From positions 5,766,001 through 5,830,000 of the forward strand of contig NW_027139442.1 of the NCBI RefSeq assembly GCF_035084215.1: a stretch of 64,000 nt of DNA. Reading direction: 5' to 3'. Positions 1 to 12,155 of this stretch are shown one piece after another. The stretch comes from Heptranchias perlo. Lineage: Eukaryota. Position numbers and translations under genes: made by a program. Each line of letters starts with the position of its first letter. Position 1 is the stretch's first letter. The notes below the pieces were generated by a model. That model was not told the origin of the DNA and searched no databases. It saw nothing but the letters and a program-made list of their open reading frames with translations.

Positions 1-1021
1 TTGGATTTTCAGATGGCCTTTGATTGTGTCTCACATAAGAGGTTAGTGTGCAAACTTAAAGCACATGGGATTGGGGTAATATACTGGCATGGATTGAAAA
101 TTGGTTAACAGATAGGAAACAGAGAGTGTGAATAAATGGGTCTGTTTGTGGTGGCAGGCGGTGACTAGTGGGGTACCGCAGTGATCGGTGATTGGGTCCC
201 AACTATTCACAATATATATCAATGATTTGGATGACGGGACCGAAATTTAATATTTTCAAGTTTGCTGACGACACAAAACTATGTGGGATTGTGAGTTGTG
301 AGGAGGATGCAAAGAGGCTTCAAGGCGACAGAGACAAGTTGAGTGAATGGGTAAATACACAGCAGATGCAATATTACTTGGATGGATGTCAAGTTATTAA
401 CTTCGAAAGGAAAAACAAAAAGGCAGAGTATTATTAAATGGTGATAGATTGGGAAATGTTGATGTAAAAAGGCACCTGGTTGTCCTTGTCCACCAGTCAC
501 TAAAAGCAAACATGCAGGTGCAGCAAGCAGTTAGGAAGGCAAATGGTATGTTGGCCTTCAAAGCAAGAGGATTTGAGTAAAGGAGTAAAGATGTCTTACT
601 GCAGTTATGCAGGGCCTTGGTGAGACCACACCTGGAGTATTGTCTGCAGTTTTGTTCTCCTTCCCTAAGAAAGGATATACTTGTCATAGATGGAGTGCAG
701 CGAAGGTTCACCAGACTGATTCCTGGGATGGTAGGAGTGTCGTATGAGGAGAGATTCGGTTAACTAGGCCTGTATTCACTAGAGTTTAGAAGAATGAGAG
801 GTGTTCTCATTGAAACGTATAAAATTCTGACCGGGCTGGACAGACTGGGTGCAGGGAGGATGTTTCCCCTTGCTGGGAGGTCTGGAACGAGATGTCACAG
901 TCTCAAGACACGGGGTAGTCCATTTAGGACTGTGATGAGGATCAGCCATGATCATATTGAATGACGGAGAAGGCTCGAAGGGCCGAATGGTTTGCTCCTG
1001 GTCCTATTTTCTATGTTTCTA
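1..1021 (+). mobile_element. CR1-type LINE, 3' portion (degraded RT, 3' UTR and tail)
   Basis: KFADDTK, ALVRPHLEYC and LYSLEFRRMRG motifs broken by stops and frameshifts; ends in tttctatgtttcta tail. Confidence 0.9.
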
Positions 1022-1789
1022 GGTCAGTCAGTTTAATCTCGGTGGTGGGAAAACTTTTAGAAATGAAAATTCGGGACAAAATTAACAGTTATTTGGACAA
1101 GTGTGGATTAATTAATTAAAGACAGCACGCATTTGCTAAAGGCAAATCTTGTTTCAGCAATGAGCTTGAGTTTTTTGCTGAATTGGGGATTTGAGGAGAG
1201 GCGTTGGGGGTGGATGTTATTTGAGCAATTCATGGGCCTTCGTGTGTTCAAAATCAAAACTATCTGCGTAACTTCAACTTCCCCCTGTTCCTTGCCATTT
1301 ACCTTTCCAACTCCCTAAGCTCCCAACCCTCCCAATGCATCTAACTATGTCCTCACTATTCTTACTCTACGCCGTTTCTGTTCTGTCTTCCTCCATCCTT
1401 CAGCTCACCACTTTATTCATGAAGCCCATTCAGCTTCTCTTTCACATATTTCCTGACACTATCACAATCACCCAGCACAGCAGCTTCCTTCAGAATCATT
1501 GTGATCACCCCCTCCTCAGGTAGTCAACCCTCAGCGTACACTATTTCTCCACTTGAAACATAGGAAGAACATTTTAAAGATCTTAGTATACGGGGCTATG
1601 AAGAGAACGCAGAGGACTGGGGTCAGTTATGAATTGCTTTAGCAAAGAGCCAACCAGGCCACAATGGGCTGAAATTACTCCATCTGTGCTTTACAATTCT
1701 ATGGTTACTAGTTTCCATGGCAATTACTGCCCTATCACCACCTCCCATTCCTCCTCTAAGTCCTGAAATGCGTATTGGTTTGTAATTGC

Positions 1790-2430
1790 GCTGAAAGCTC
1801 TGTCCCAAGGTTTTATTCGAGTTTCTCTGAAGTGGCTTCTGTCCCGTCCACATTGCTGAGACTGCACTGGTCAAAGTCACAAACGATAATCTGGGTGATT
1901 ACAACCTGAGTTACGAATCTCTCCTCGTCCTCGTCGACATCTCTGCCACTCACCGCACCATTCGGCACATCGTCCTTCTCCAACTCCTGTGCACTGCTCT
2001 ACCCAGGTGCTGCTCTTTCCTGACTCACACAACATTGCTGTTCATGGCATTCCCTCTGTTAAACTACAATCTACAGAATTGATGAATTCTTGTTCCTCTC
2101 CGCTTCACAATCCTCATGCTACCTTCGATGACGCAAGTGGTCAGCTGTCACATATAGGTCAATGATACGCAACTTTACCTCGCTCCCACCACTTTTCATC
2201 CATAATTTGCACCTACATTGTGAGGTTTCCTCCCAGATTTCATACTGTTACGAGCTCAAATTATTCCAGCCGAATTTCAGCAAGCGTTAACCCATCCTCT
2301 TTACCTCTCGGCAGCAATTCGTTCAATTGCATCAAACTCTCTGCATGCCGCCTCAAGCTGAGCCAATGGATCTTAATACGATGGCTTGCTCGACCTGCTC
2401 CCGGTTTTCGACCAAACATCGAATTTGACA
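1790..2430 (+). mobile_element. L2-type LINE RT fragment, highly degraded
   Basis: ETALVKVTND...LLVLVDISA motif at ~1858-1945. Confidence 0.65.
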
Positions 2431-2431
2431 C

Positions 2432-3636
2432 CAAAATGAAAGGCAAATCGTGTCTGACAAATTGACTTATTTCTTCGAAGAAATAACTTAGAGGATTGAT
2501 GAAGGTATTGCAGTTGATATTGTGTATATGGACTTTCAAAAGGCGTTTGATAACATAATAGGCTTGTTAGAAAAATTGAAGCCCTTGAGAATAAAGAGAC
2601 AATGACAGCATGGATACCAAATTGGCTAAGGACAGAAAGCAGACAGTATGGTGAACGCTTGTTTTTCAGACTGCAGGGAAGTATACAGTGGTGTTCCCCA
2701 GTGGTCAGTATTAGGACCACTGCTCTTTTTGATATATATTGATGACTTGGACTTGGGTATGGAGGGTATACTTTCAAAGTTTGCAGATGACATGAAACTC
2801 GGAAATGTAGCAATGTGGAGCTTAGTAACAAACTTCAGGAAGACATAGACAGACTGGTGAAATGGGAGGGCGAATGAGGAGAGGCACTATAAACGAAATA
2901 TTACATTTTCATTGGAGGTGCATGAACAGAGGCCCGTGGGTGCACATACATAAACACATCTTTGAAGGTTACAGGTCAAGTTGACAAGGCTGTTTAAAAA
3001 AAGCACAGGGGATCCTTGGCTGTATCGTAGAAGCATAGAGTGCAAAAGCAAGGAAGTTATGGTAAACCTTTATAAATCACTGGTTAGACCTCCCCTGGAG
3101 TATTGTACACAATTCTGTGCAGCATAGTTCAGGAAAGATGTCAAGGCCTTGGGGAGGATGCAGAGGAGATTTACCAGATTTGTACCAAGGGTGAGGGACT
3201 TCAATTTTGTGGGGAGACTAGAGAAGCTGGGATTGATCTCCTGAGAGCAGACAGCGTTAGAGGTGGATTTAATAGAGGTGTTGAAAATTATGAAGGGTTT
3301 TGAAAGAGTAATTAGGGACAAACTGTTTCCAGTGGCAGGAGGGTCGGTAACCAAATGGCACAGATTGAAGATAATTGGCAAAATGACCAGAGGAGAGATG
3401 AGCAGACAATATTTTGCGCAGTGAGTTGTAATGATTTGGAATGCATTGCCTGAAAGAGCAGTGGAAGCAGATTCAATGGTAACTTTCAATCGAGAATCGG
3501 GTATATGTACTTGAAGAGGAGAAATCTATAGCGCTATGCGGTAAGAGAATGGGGAGGTGTATTAATAGGATAGCTCTTCCAAAAGAAGGCACATGCATGA
3601 TGGGCCGAACGGCTTCCTCATGTACTCTATGATTCT
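2432..3636 (+). mobile_element. CR1-type LINE 3' fragment
   Basis: [36 protein letters not shown]; tail ctctatgattct. Confidence 0.9.
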
Positions 3637-5011
3637 TTGATTGTTTGATCAGGTAGGTTTTCTTTCTTGGTGTCAAACGCAATCCAGTAACGGGTTGTTT
3701 TGCCTGGAGAGGAGAAGATGCGAGTCCCTCACCAGTTCTCACCCTTCACTCACAACTTCTCTTTATTTATCCCAGTCCTTCCTAACTGCTGGACAAAGGT
3801 GTTAAACAAAGTCCAAAGATACCTCCTTTCCTCAGTTCGGTCCAATTCTGAAACTAATCCCCAGATGTTAGAGGTTTGGTAGGAGCTATCCTGAGGATGA
3901 GAGGGAGCGGTGGGAGCATGGAAAATTCGAGAGTGGACTGAAAGGATGGAGGGAACATTTTCTGGTTTGTGATAAACTCACATCGAGACTTCTGCAGGTT
4001 CAAGGGCCTGTACTCACACCAGCTGAGAAATGCAGTTCCAGCAGCGACTCGTTTCAAATCTGATTGGCTAGAATTATGACGATTGGCATTATGCATTTGA
4101 CTTCTTCAACTGTGATATGTTTCTGCCGGCTATCAGTTCGCTGCTACCGGATTCCAGTTATGAGAGTTACGAACTGCACTTTCAGATTTTTTTTTGCATA
4201 GGCCGTCATGGTAATTTGTTGGGCTTGTGTGACATCTTCAACTTCACTGGTCCAGAGCCCTGAAACTGTAACTTGCCAGGCCATTCAGAGTTTTTCGTGA
4301 TGCTGCAGACACGAGTGTTACCATACCATTGTATACAAAGAAGCCTGTTCATGGTATTCTCAGTGTCTGTGAAATCTTTAATATTCCTGTAACAACTGAA
4401 AAGGTTTGCTTCGTACGTTTCCTCCTGATTTCCTGATATGAATAAACTTCGAACATGAAATAACTCCTTATTTCCCCTTGATCCCATCTAACTTCGATTG
4501 TGACTTTCAATAGTAAAACCCTATGAAATAGCACGAACATTAGCTCTCCTCATGTTCGCAGCTCAAATTCTCGATTGTATTTATTAAGTTAAACTCCAGT
4601 TGGTGATCTTCAGATCCCTCGGGACCGTACACACCGTTCTGAGTTTGAATTCTTTAAGGATGGCTATCGAAGTGATGGGTCTGTACATGTACTAAATACA
4701 CGGAGTCATGTTAATGAGGCAGTTTGCCCGGCTAGTCCCAGGGCTACAGGAGAACCGTTGTTTTCTGAAGAAATTCCAAAGAAATTTGTAAGTGTTTTGA
4801 AAGATCCCTTTAAATAGATTCTCTGACATAATGAAGCTTTGATTAAATCTGTTTGTTTAACTGAATGCGACTAATGTTTCTGATGGTGCTCTCCAGGTAA
4901 TTATCCCGGAGGATCCCCGCTGGTATCAGTAAGAGATCCTTTGACCGAATTGGTACCTTTCAGTCAGAGCCTCGTGTCCAACGCTGCAGACATCGCTCCT
5001 TCACACTGAAC

Positions 5012-5081
5012 ATGGACTATCCAGTCATCTTTGAGATCGAACGTATTTACTATCCCGTTCTTGCTGCCGTTGGTATTACGG
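5012..5081 (+). CDS. GPR139-like GPCR, coding exon 1 (MDYPVIFEIERIYYPVLAAVGIT)
   Basis: ATG at 5012, 70 nt, phase-1 donor G|gtaag; joins exon 2 in frame to rebuild TM1 (AVGIT-V-NLVAIVILSR). Confidence 0.88.
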
Positions 5082-5211
5082 GTAAGGGAATAGAACTAGT
5101 CATCGTGTAAACCAGTGTAACTCTTACTGCTCCAATTGCTAGTCCGACCCTGTAACATATTGGCCTGGATATGTTTTGATTGAAACAATACATATATAAC
5201 ACGGATTAATG

Positions 5212-5325
5212 TAAGAGAGAGACAAATATGAAGAGAGTGTGTTTGTCAGAGAGATAAATAGAGAGAAAGAGAGAGCGAGAGAGAGAGAGAGAGATAAAAA
5301 CAGGGAGAAAGAGATAGATACATAA
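5212..5325. repeat. Imperfect (GA)n microsatellite in the GPCR intron
   Basis: gagagagaga runs. Confidence 0.8.
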
Positions 5326-6301
5326 ATCAATACTAATTGGATCAATGTTTCAAAGAGCTGGCACAGACAAAATTGGCCGAACGGCCTCCTTCTATGTTGT
5401 ATCGTTCTATGATTCTATGATCATGTGTCTTGATATGTTTGTGACATAATCGCCTAATCCGTTCATTGTACAGTATTTTTGTTGTCTACTTGATAGGATT
5501 TCATGTTTGAAATAATGAACTGCTTTGAATTTTCAACCTGAGAAATAATGGCAGATAATTCCCCAGTACTGTGTGCTGGAGAATTCCTTATCTCGAATAG
5601 ACGCTGGCATTAGACAGAATATAAAACTTAATCGGGCTGTGAGAAAACGTAATCGTTGTCTGTGTTCAAGTTTTAAATTGTCCTTTTTATTGCCAGAAAT
5701 ATCATGTTAACACGCAAGGACAAAGGAAGCATTTTTAAACCGATAAATAATCAGCTTAGTCCAGATAATTGTCTACGAGTTCACAAGGTTCAAGGTCCCA
5801 CATTATGGTGGTTCGGTGCTGCTGATAGTGAATCGACTACAGTCATTACATTGATTCAAAACAATCTTTGCCAATGTCAAAAGTTGACGACTTGCTCAAT
5901 ATCAATGAATGTTTTTTTGGTCTATGATGGTTGACTGCCTTTTGTTCCTGTTTGGTCGCAGAGATAGTCCCGGGCCATCTAGGTTAACAGGCCCTGTCTG
6001 AGACTTGTGAAAGTGGCCTCTTTGATGGTGAGCGCGGTGCCCAGAGGTCACCTATGTACCAAATCTATTGGTAACGCTTTGTGATCAGTGTGCTTCAATC
6101 TTGCAACCATAAAATTAACTTTTTAAACTAGATGGGATGGCCAAGCAATGGGAGATTTATCTACAATAAAATATGATTAGACGGACAACAAAGGGCGTCT
6201 CCACTGATTGTTGAGGAAGGAAACATTCAGCACGGCAACACTTTGCAGGTCATTGTTTGGTTTCTGAACAAAACGGTACAACTGAAACAGTTATCATATT
6301 A

Positions 6302-7170
6302 TCATAGTAACATATTAGGCAGAGCACAGGAGAAGGCCATTCGGACCATCTTGCCTGTGCCGGCTCTTTGAACGAGTTTCCAATTAGTCCCATTCCCCGG
6401 CTCTTTCCCCATAGCCTCTAAATGTTTTCCCTTCAAGTATTTATCCAATTCCCTTTTGAAAATTACCATTGAATCTGATCCCACCGCCCTTTCAGGCAGA
6501 GCATTCCAGATCATTAAAACTCGCTGCATAAAAAAATGTTTCCTCATGTCCCCCCTGGCTCTTTTGCCGATCAACTTAAAACTGTGCCCTCTGGCTACAG
6601 ACCCTTGTGCCACTGGAAACAGTTTCTCCTGATTTACTCTCTTAAAACAGTTCATGATTTTGAACACCTCTATCAAGTCTCCCCTTAACTTTCTCTGTTC
6701 GAAGGAGAACAACCCCAGCTTCTCCAGTCTCTCTACATAACTGAAGTCTCTCATCCCTCTGCAGCATCCTCTCTAAGGCCTTGACATCCTTCCTAAAGGG
6801 TAGTGTCCAGCATTGAACACGATACTCCAGCTGAGGCCTAACCAGTGTTTTATAAAGGTTGAGGATAATTTCTGTGCTTTTGTACTTCATGCCTCTATTA
6901 CGAAAGCCAAGGATCCCAAATGATTATTAACAGCCTTCTCGACTTGTCCAGCCATCTTCAAAGATTTGTGTATGTACATCCCAGGTCTCTGTTCCTGAAC
7001 CCCCTTCAGAATTGTACCATTAAGTTTGCATTACCTCTCCTCATTCTTCCGACCAAATGCATTACCTCACACTTGCCTGCGTTACATTTGATCTGCCATG
7101 TGTCTGCCCATTTCACCAGTCCATCTCTGTCCTCCAGAAGTCTGTTACGATCCTCCCCATTGTTTACTGC
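6302..7170 (-). mobile_element. CR1-type LINE 3' fragment
   Basis: ORFs with LVRPQLEY, RLEKLGLFS and WNALP; tail at the left end. Confidence 0.9.
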
Positions 7171-7442
7171 AGGTGGATTTGTGTAAAATGTGAATAGTCT
7201 GCATAAGGATTGCAATTTAAATGGAAATGGACATTGTGTAAACGGAATCTGTGCGTGTTGAGTAACGCAGGTTCAACACTCGCCAATCCGAGATTTTCCC
7301 AATCACTGGGGAAATAAATCGCTGACTGGCGATTGTAAACCTCCATCAGTGTGTTTGGGATCTCAGCATTCCAACAGAGCTGGGGAATGAGACACCATTG
7401 ATTGAGGCTCAGAGAGAGTCGGGAACTGATAAATGGAGTAAA

Positions 7443-8430
7443 ATCATAGAATCAGAGAAAGGTTACAGCACGGAAGGTGGCTATTGGGCCCATCGAGTCC
7501 ATGCCGGCTCTATGCAAGAGCAATCCAGCTAGTCCACTCCCCCGCCCAATCACTGTCGCTCTGCAAATGTTTTCCTTTCAAGTACTTATCCAGTTACATT
7601 TAAAGGCCATGATTGAATCTGCCTTCACCATCTCCTAACGCAGTGCATTCCAGATCATGAACATTCGCTGAGTAAAAAGGTTTTTTCCTCAAGTGGCCTT
7701 TGGTTCTTTTGACAATTATCTTAAATCAATGTCCTCTAGTTCATGACACTTCCGACAATGGGAACAGTTTCTCTCGATCTACTCTGCCCAGACCCTTCAT
7801 GATTTTGAATGCCTTTATCAAAATTCCTCTCAACCTTCCCTGTTCCATGGAGAACAACCCCAGCCTCTCCAGTCTATCCACGTAATTAAAGTCCTTCATT
7901 CCGAGGAATGATTCTAGTAAATCTCTTCTGCACCATCTCTAAGGTCTTCACATCTTTCCTAAAGTGCGGTGCCCAGAACTGGACACAATACTCCAGTTGT
8001 GGCCGAACCAGTGTTTTATAAAGGTTCAACATGACTTCTTTGCTTTCGTACCCTATGTCTTTATTTATAAACTCAGATTCCCATATGCTTTTTAACCACT
8101 TTCTCAACCTGCCCTGCCACCTTCAATGATTTGTGCATATGCCCCTAGACCTCTCTGTTCCTGAACCCCTTTTAGAATTGTGCCCTTTAGTTCATATTGC
8201 CTCGCCTCATTCTTCCTACTGAAATGTATCACCCCGCAGTTTTCAGTGTTAAATTTCATCTGCCACGTGTCACGCCCACGCCACCAGCCTATATAAACCA
8301 CCTTGAAGTCTATCCCTATCCTCCTCACTGTTCACAGCAGTTCCAAGTTTTGTGTCATCTGCAAACTTGGAAATTGTGCCCTCTGCACCCAAGACCAAGT
8401 CATTAATATATATCAAGAAAAGCAGTGGCA
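7443..8430 (-). mobile_element. CR1-type LINE 3' fragment
   Basis: YKTLVRPQLEYCVQFWAPHFRKD and WQMKFN motifs; tail near 7445. Confidence 0.9.
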
Positions 8431-8728
8431 GAGTTGAGAAAAGATCAGAGGAAACTTAAGTCGGCGGCGGTAGAAATGGACAAAAAATGAAAATGAGACC
8501 AGGGATTTTGCAACAATGTCACAGGATGAACCCCTTCCCTTCGATCAATCTCTCTTAAATTAAAAAAAAACACTCTGCCAGCTCTGCGTTGTTTTATTTT
8601 CCAGCTCCGCTCGGATTTACCTCTGCCCCTCTAAGCAACCACGTCATGGATTCTCTCTAACTCTCCGAGTGATCGATTTTGTACCGAGTGCGGTGATAAT
8701 TCCCTTTATCTCTCTCTCTCTCTTACAG

Positions 8729-9627
8729 TTAACTTGGTAGCGATTGTGATCCTGTCCCGAGGCAAATGCGGTCTCTCCAAATGTATCACTCGCTACCTGG
8801 TGGGAATGGCAGCGGCCGATCTAACGGTGGTGATCATTGAAGTCATTATGAAGCGAATTAACAACATTTACGTGCCAGTAAATGTTTTGTTCATCACTCC
8901 AATATGTGCCCTGAAACTTGTGACGAAGATTGCGGCCCTGGACTGTTCGGTCTGGTTCACGGTCGCTTTCACCGTCGATCGCTTTGTAGCCATTTGCTGT
9001 CAGAATCTCAAACCAAAGTTTTGTACACAAAGGAAGGCGAGCCGTGTTGTAGGGACCGTGTGTATGCTAGGCTGTTTGAGGAGCATCCCCTTTTACTTTG
9101 TGTACCAACCCCAATTTATAATTAATGGCGTCCCGTATTTCTGCATTTTAACGGCTGCCTATCATACCTCGCCCTGGTGGGCAGCGTACGAGTTTTTCGA
9201 CAGCATTTTAACCCCTTTACTGCCCATCTTTTTCATTCTGTTTTTCAATGTTCTCACCGCCAAACACATTATAATGTCCAATATAGTCCGCAGGACACTC
9301 CTGAGGAACGTCGATAATCACAATGACCCAGAGACCGAGAACCGAAAGAAATCCATGATTTTGCTCTTCACTCTATCCGGCAATTTCATTCTACTCTGGG
9401 CCACGTATGTTGTACATTCCTTAAGTTGGCGGGTGAAGAACTACAATTATACTGACAGATACTACACTAACCCGATATACATCAATCAGCAAACGGGATA
9501 CATGCTGCAGCTTCTCAGCTCCTGCACCAACACGTGTATCTATGGACTGACACTGAGGAAATTCAGAGAGGAGCTGAGGAACGGGGTGAAATATCTGTTT
9601 ACACTGAATGGCAGAGTATGTAAATAA
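8729..9627 (+). CDS. GPR139/GPR142-like class A GPCR, exon 2 (spliced protein 322 aa)
   Basis: Pyrimidine tract plus cag acceptor ending at 8728; open frame with MAAADL (TM2), FTVDRFVAIC (TM3), SCTNTCIY (TM7) and KFREEL helix 8; AATAAA at ~9956 and ~9988. Confidence 0.92.
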
Positions 9628-9994
9628 CGGAAAACTGACATAAAGCTGCAGCAGGCTTTGTAGATTTACAGCCCTCTTCTATTTTATAACACCAGGCTGG
9701 TAGGTGATGGGAAGAAAGCGAATGGACGTCTTGAGAGGTAATTGGCCAATTCTACTGATAAGCAGAAGAGGGCAAGTTTGATTTTAATGTGAATTAGTTG
9801 GCAATTGGTAATGTGTTCACAGCATGAAAGCGAGACATGGGAAGTTAGCCAGTTGACTGATGGGGTTATGCAACTTTAATCCCACTGAGGTACATGCAAT
9901 TAAAATATCAGCGAGAGTCTGGGGCTCGCACTGCTTTTTAGTAGAATACATTATAAATAAAATACAACAAAATTTTAAAAATGTGTTCAATAAA

Positions 9995-12155
9995 AAAGCA
10001 TCTGGTCAGAGTGAAGCATTTAATAATAATGCCCACTGGACCTTATCTGGTCAATGAGAAACATTTAATAGCAATGAATAATTGACATTGAGCCACATTT
10101 GGTCAATCTGAAACATTTACCAATAATTCACATTGGAGACTTGCGCTTATGTGGCCTTTGTGAAACATCTAATAATAATGCACGCTGGTCACTGGGTCAT
10201 ATCTGGTCAACGTGAACATTTAATAATAAAGCACACTGGATACTGGACCTGATCTGGTCAACGTGTAACATTTAATAATAATGCACACTGGATACTGGAT
10301 CTGATCTGGTCAACGTGTAACATTTAATAATAATGCACACTGGATACTGGACCTGATCTGGTCAACGTGTAACATTTAATAATAATGCACACTGGATACT
10401 GGACCTGATCTGGTCAACGTGTAACATTTAATTATAATGCACACTGGACACTGGACCACATCTGGTCAACGAGATACATTTATTAATAATGATGCAATGT
10501 GAAGCATTGAATATTAATCCACACTGGACATTGCATCACATCATTTAACATTTAATAATGCACACTAGATCGTGGGTCACCTCTGAACAATGTGAAGCAT
10601 CCAGGGGGGATACACACTGGACAATGGGGCACATCTGGTGAACTTGAATCATGTTTTAATAATAATGTACACTGGAAGCTGGGTCACATCTGGTCAATGT
10701 GAAATATATCGTACCAATGCGCCTTGGACACTGGGTCGCATATGGTCAATGTGGAGCATTTAATAGCAATGCACTATGTACACTGTAACTCATCTGGTCC
10801 ATCAGAAATATTTAATAATAATGGATACTGGACACTGGGCAAGATTGTGAACATGTAAAATTTAAAAATCATGTATATTGGACACGATACCACATTTGAT
10901 CAATGAGAAACATTGAAGAATAATGCACACCAGACACTGCGTCACCTCTTGTCAATGTGAAACATTTAACACTGGATACTGGGTCATATCTGGTTAAAGT
11001 GAAACATTTACTAAAATTGCACACTGGACAGTGGGTCACATCTGGTCAATGTGAAACTTTTAATAATAATGCAGATTGGACGTTCGGCCACATCTGGTCA
11101 ATGTATAACATTTCATAACGCACACTGGACACTGTAGCACATCTGGTCAACGTGAATCATTTAATAATAATGTACACTGGAGACGTTGCCACATTTTGTC
11201 AATGATAAGCATTGAATGATAACATGCACACTGGGCCATATCTGGTCAAAGTGAAGCATTTATAAGTAATGATAACTTTGACACTGGGCAAATCTGGTCA
11301 AAGTGAAGCATTTAGTAGCAATGATAACTTTGACACTGGACCAAATCTGGTCAAAGTGAAGCATTTAGTAGCATTGCATATTTGGCACTGGGGCACACCT
11401 GGTTAATGTGGATCATCTGATAATAATGTGCACTGGATGCTGGGTCACCTCTTGTTAATGTGAAATATTTAATAATAATGTAAACTGGATACTGGATCAC
11501 ATCTGGTCAATTAGAAACATTTATTAATAATAATGTGCACTGGACACTGCGCCACAGCTTGTCATTGTGAAGCATTTAGTAATAATGCGTATTGGACACT
11601 GGGCCATCTCTGGACAGTATGAAACATTGAATATTAATGCAGACTGGACACTGCATCACATCTGGTCAAAGTGAAACATTTACTAAAATTGCACACTGGA
11701 TACTGGGTCACATCTGGTCAATGTGAAACAGTTACCAGTGATGCACATAGGACAATGGGTCACATCTGGCCAATGTGAAACAGTTACCAGTAATGCACAT
11801 AGGACAATGGGTCACATCTGGCCAATGTGCCACAGTTAATAACAATGCACATTGCACACTGTGTCACATCTACTCAATGTGTAGCATTAATTAATAATGA
11901 ATACTGGGCACTGGGTCACATCAGTTCAACGTATAACATTTCGTAATAATGCACATTCGACACTGGGACGAATCTGGTCAATCTGAAACTTATAATAATA
12001 ATGCACACTGGACACTGGGTCACATCTGGTCAATGTAAAACCATTCATAATAATGCAGGCTGGGCACTGGGTCACATCTGGTTAATATGAAACATTTAAT
12101 AATAATGTACACTGGACACAGGGTGCCATCTGATCAATGTGAAACATTTAATAAT
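9995..12155. repeat. 52-bp tandem minisatellite, about 40 diverged copies
   Basis: Unit ~catttaataataatgcacactggacactgggtcacatctggtcaatgtgaaa; units start at 10269, 10321, 10373. Confidence 0.95.

Noticed and set aside
4206-4540. Short minus-strand ORFs upstream of the GPCR
   Set aside because: No recognisable motif or consistent splice signals
8734-9627. ORF-track start of the GPCR at a TTG codon
   Set aside because: The true start is the ATG at 5012 in an upstream exon; the ORF begins just inside a splice acceptor
9995-12155. CRISPR-like appearance of the regular arrays (also 33228-33978, 36632-37790 and 59311-59628)
   Set aside because: Units are contiguous tandem copies with no unique spacers and no cas genes; the DNA is eukaryotic
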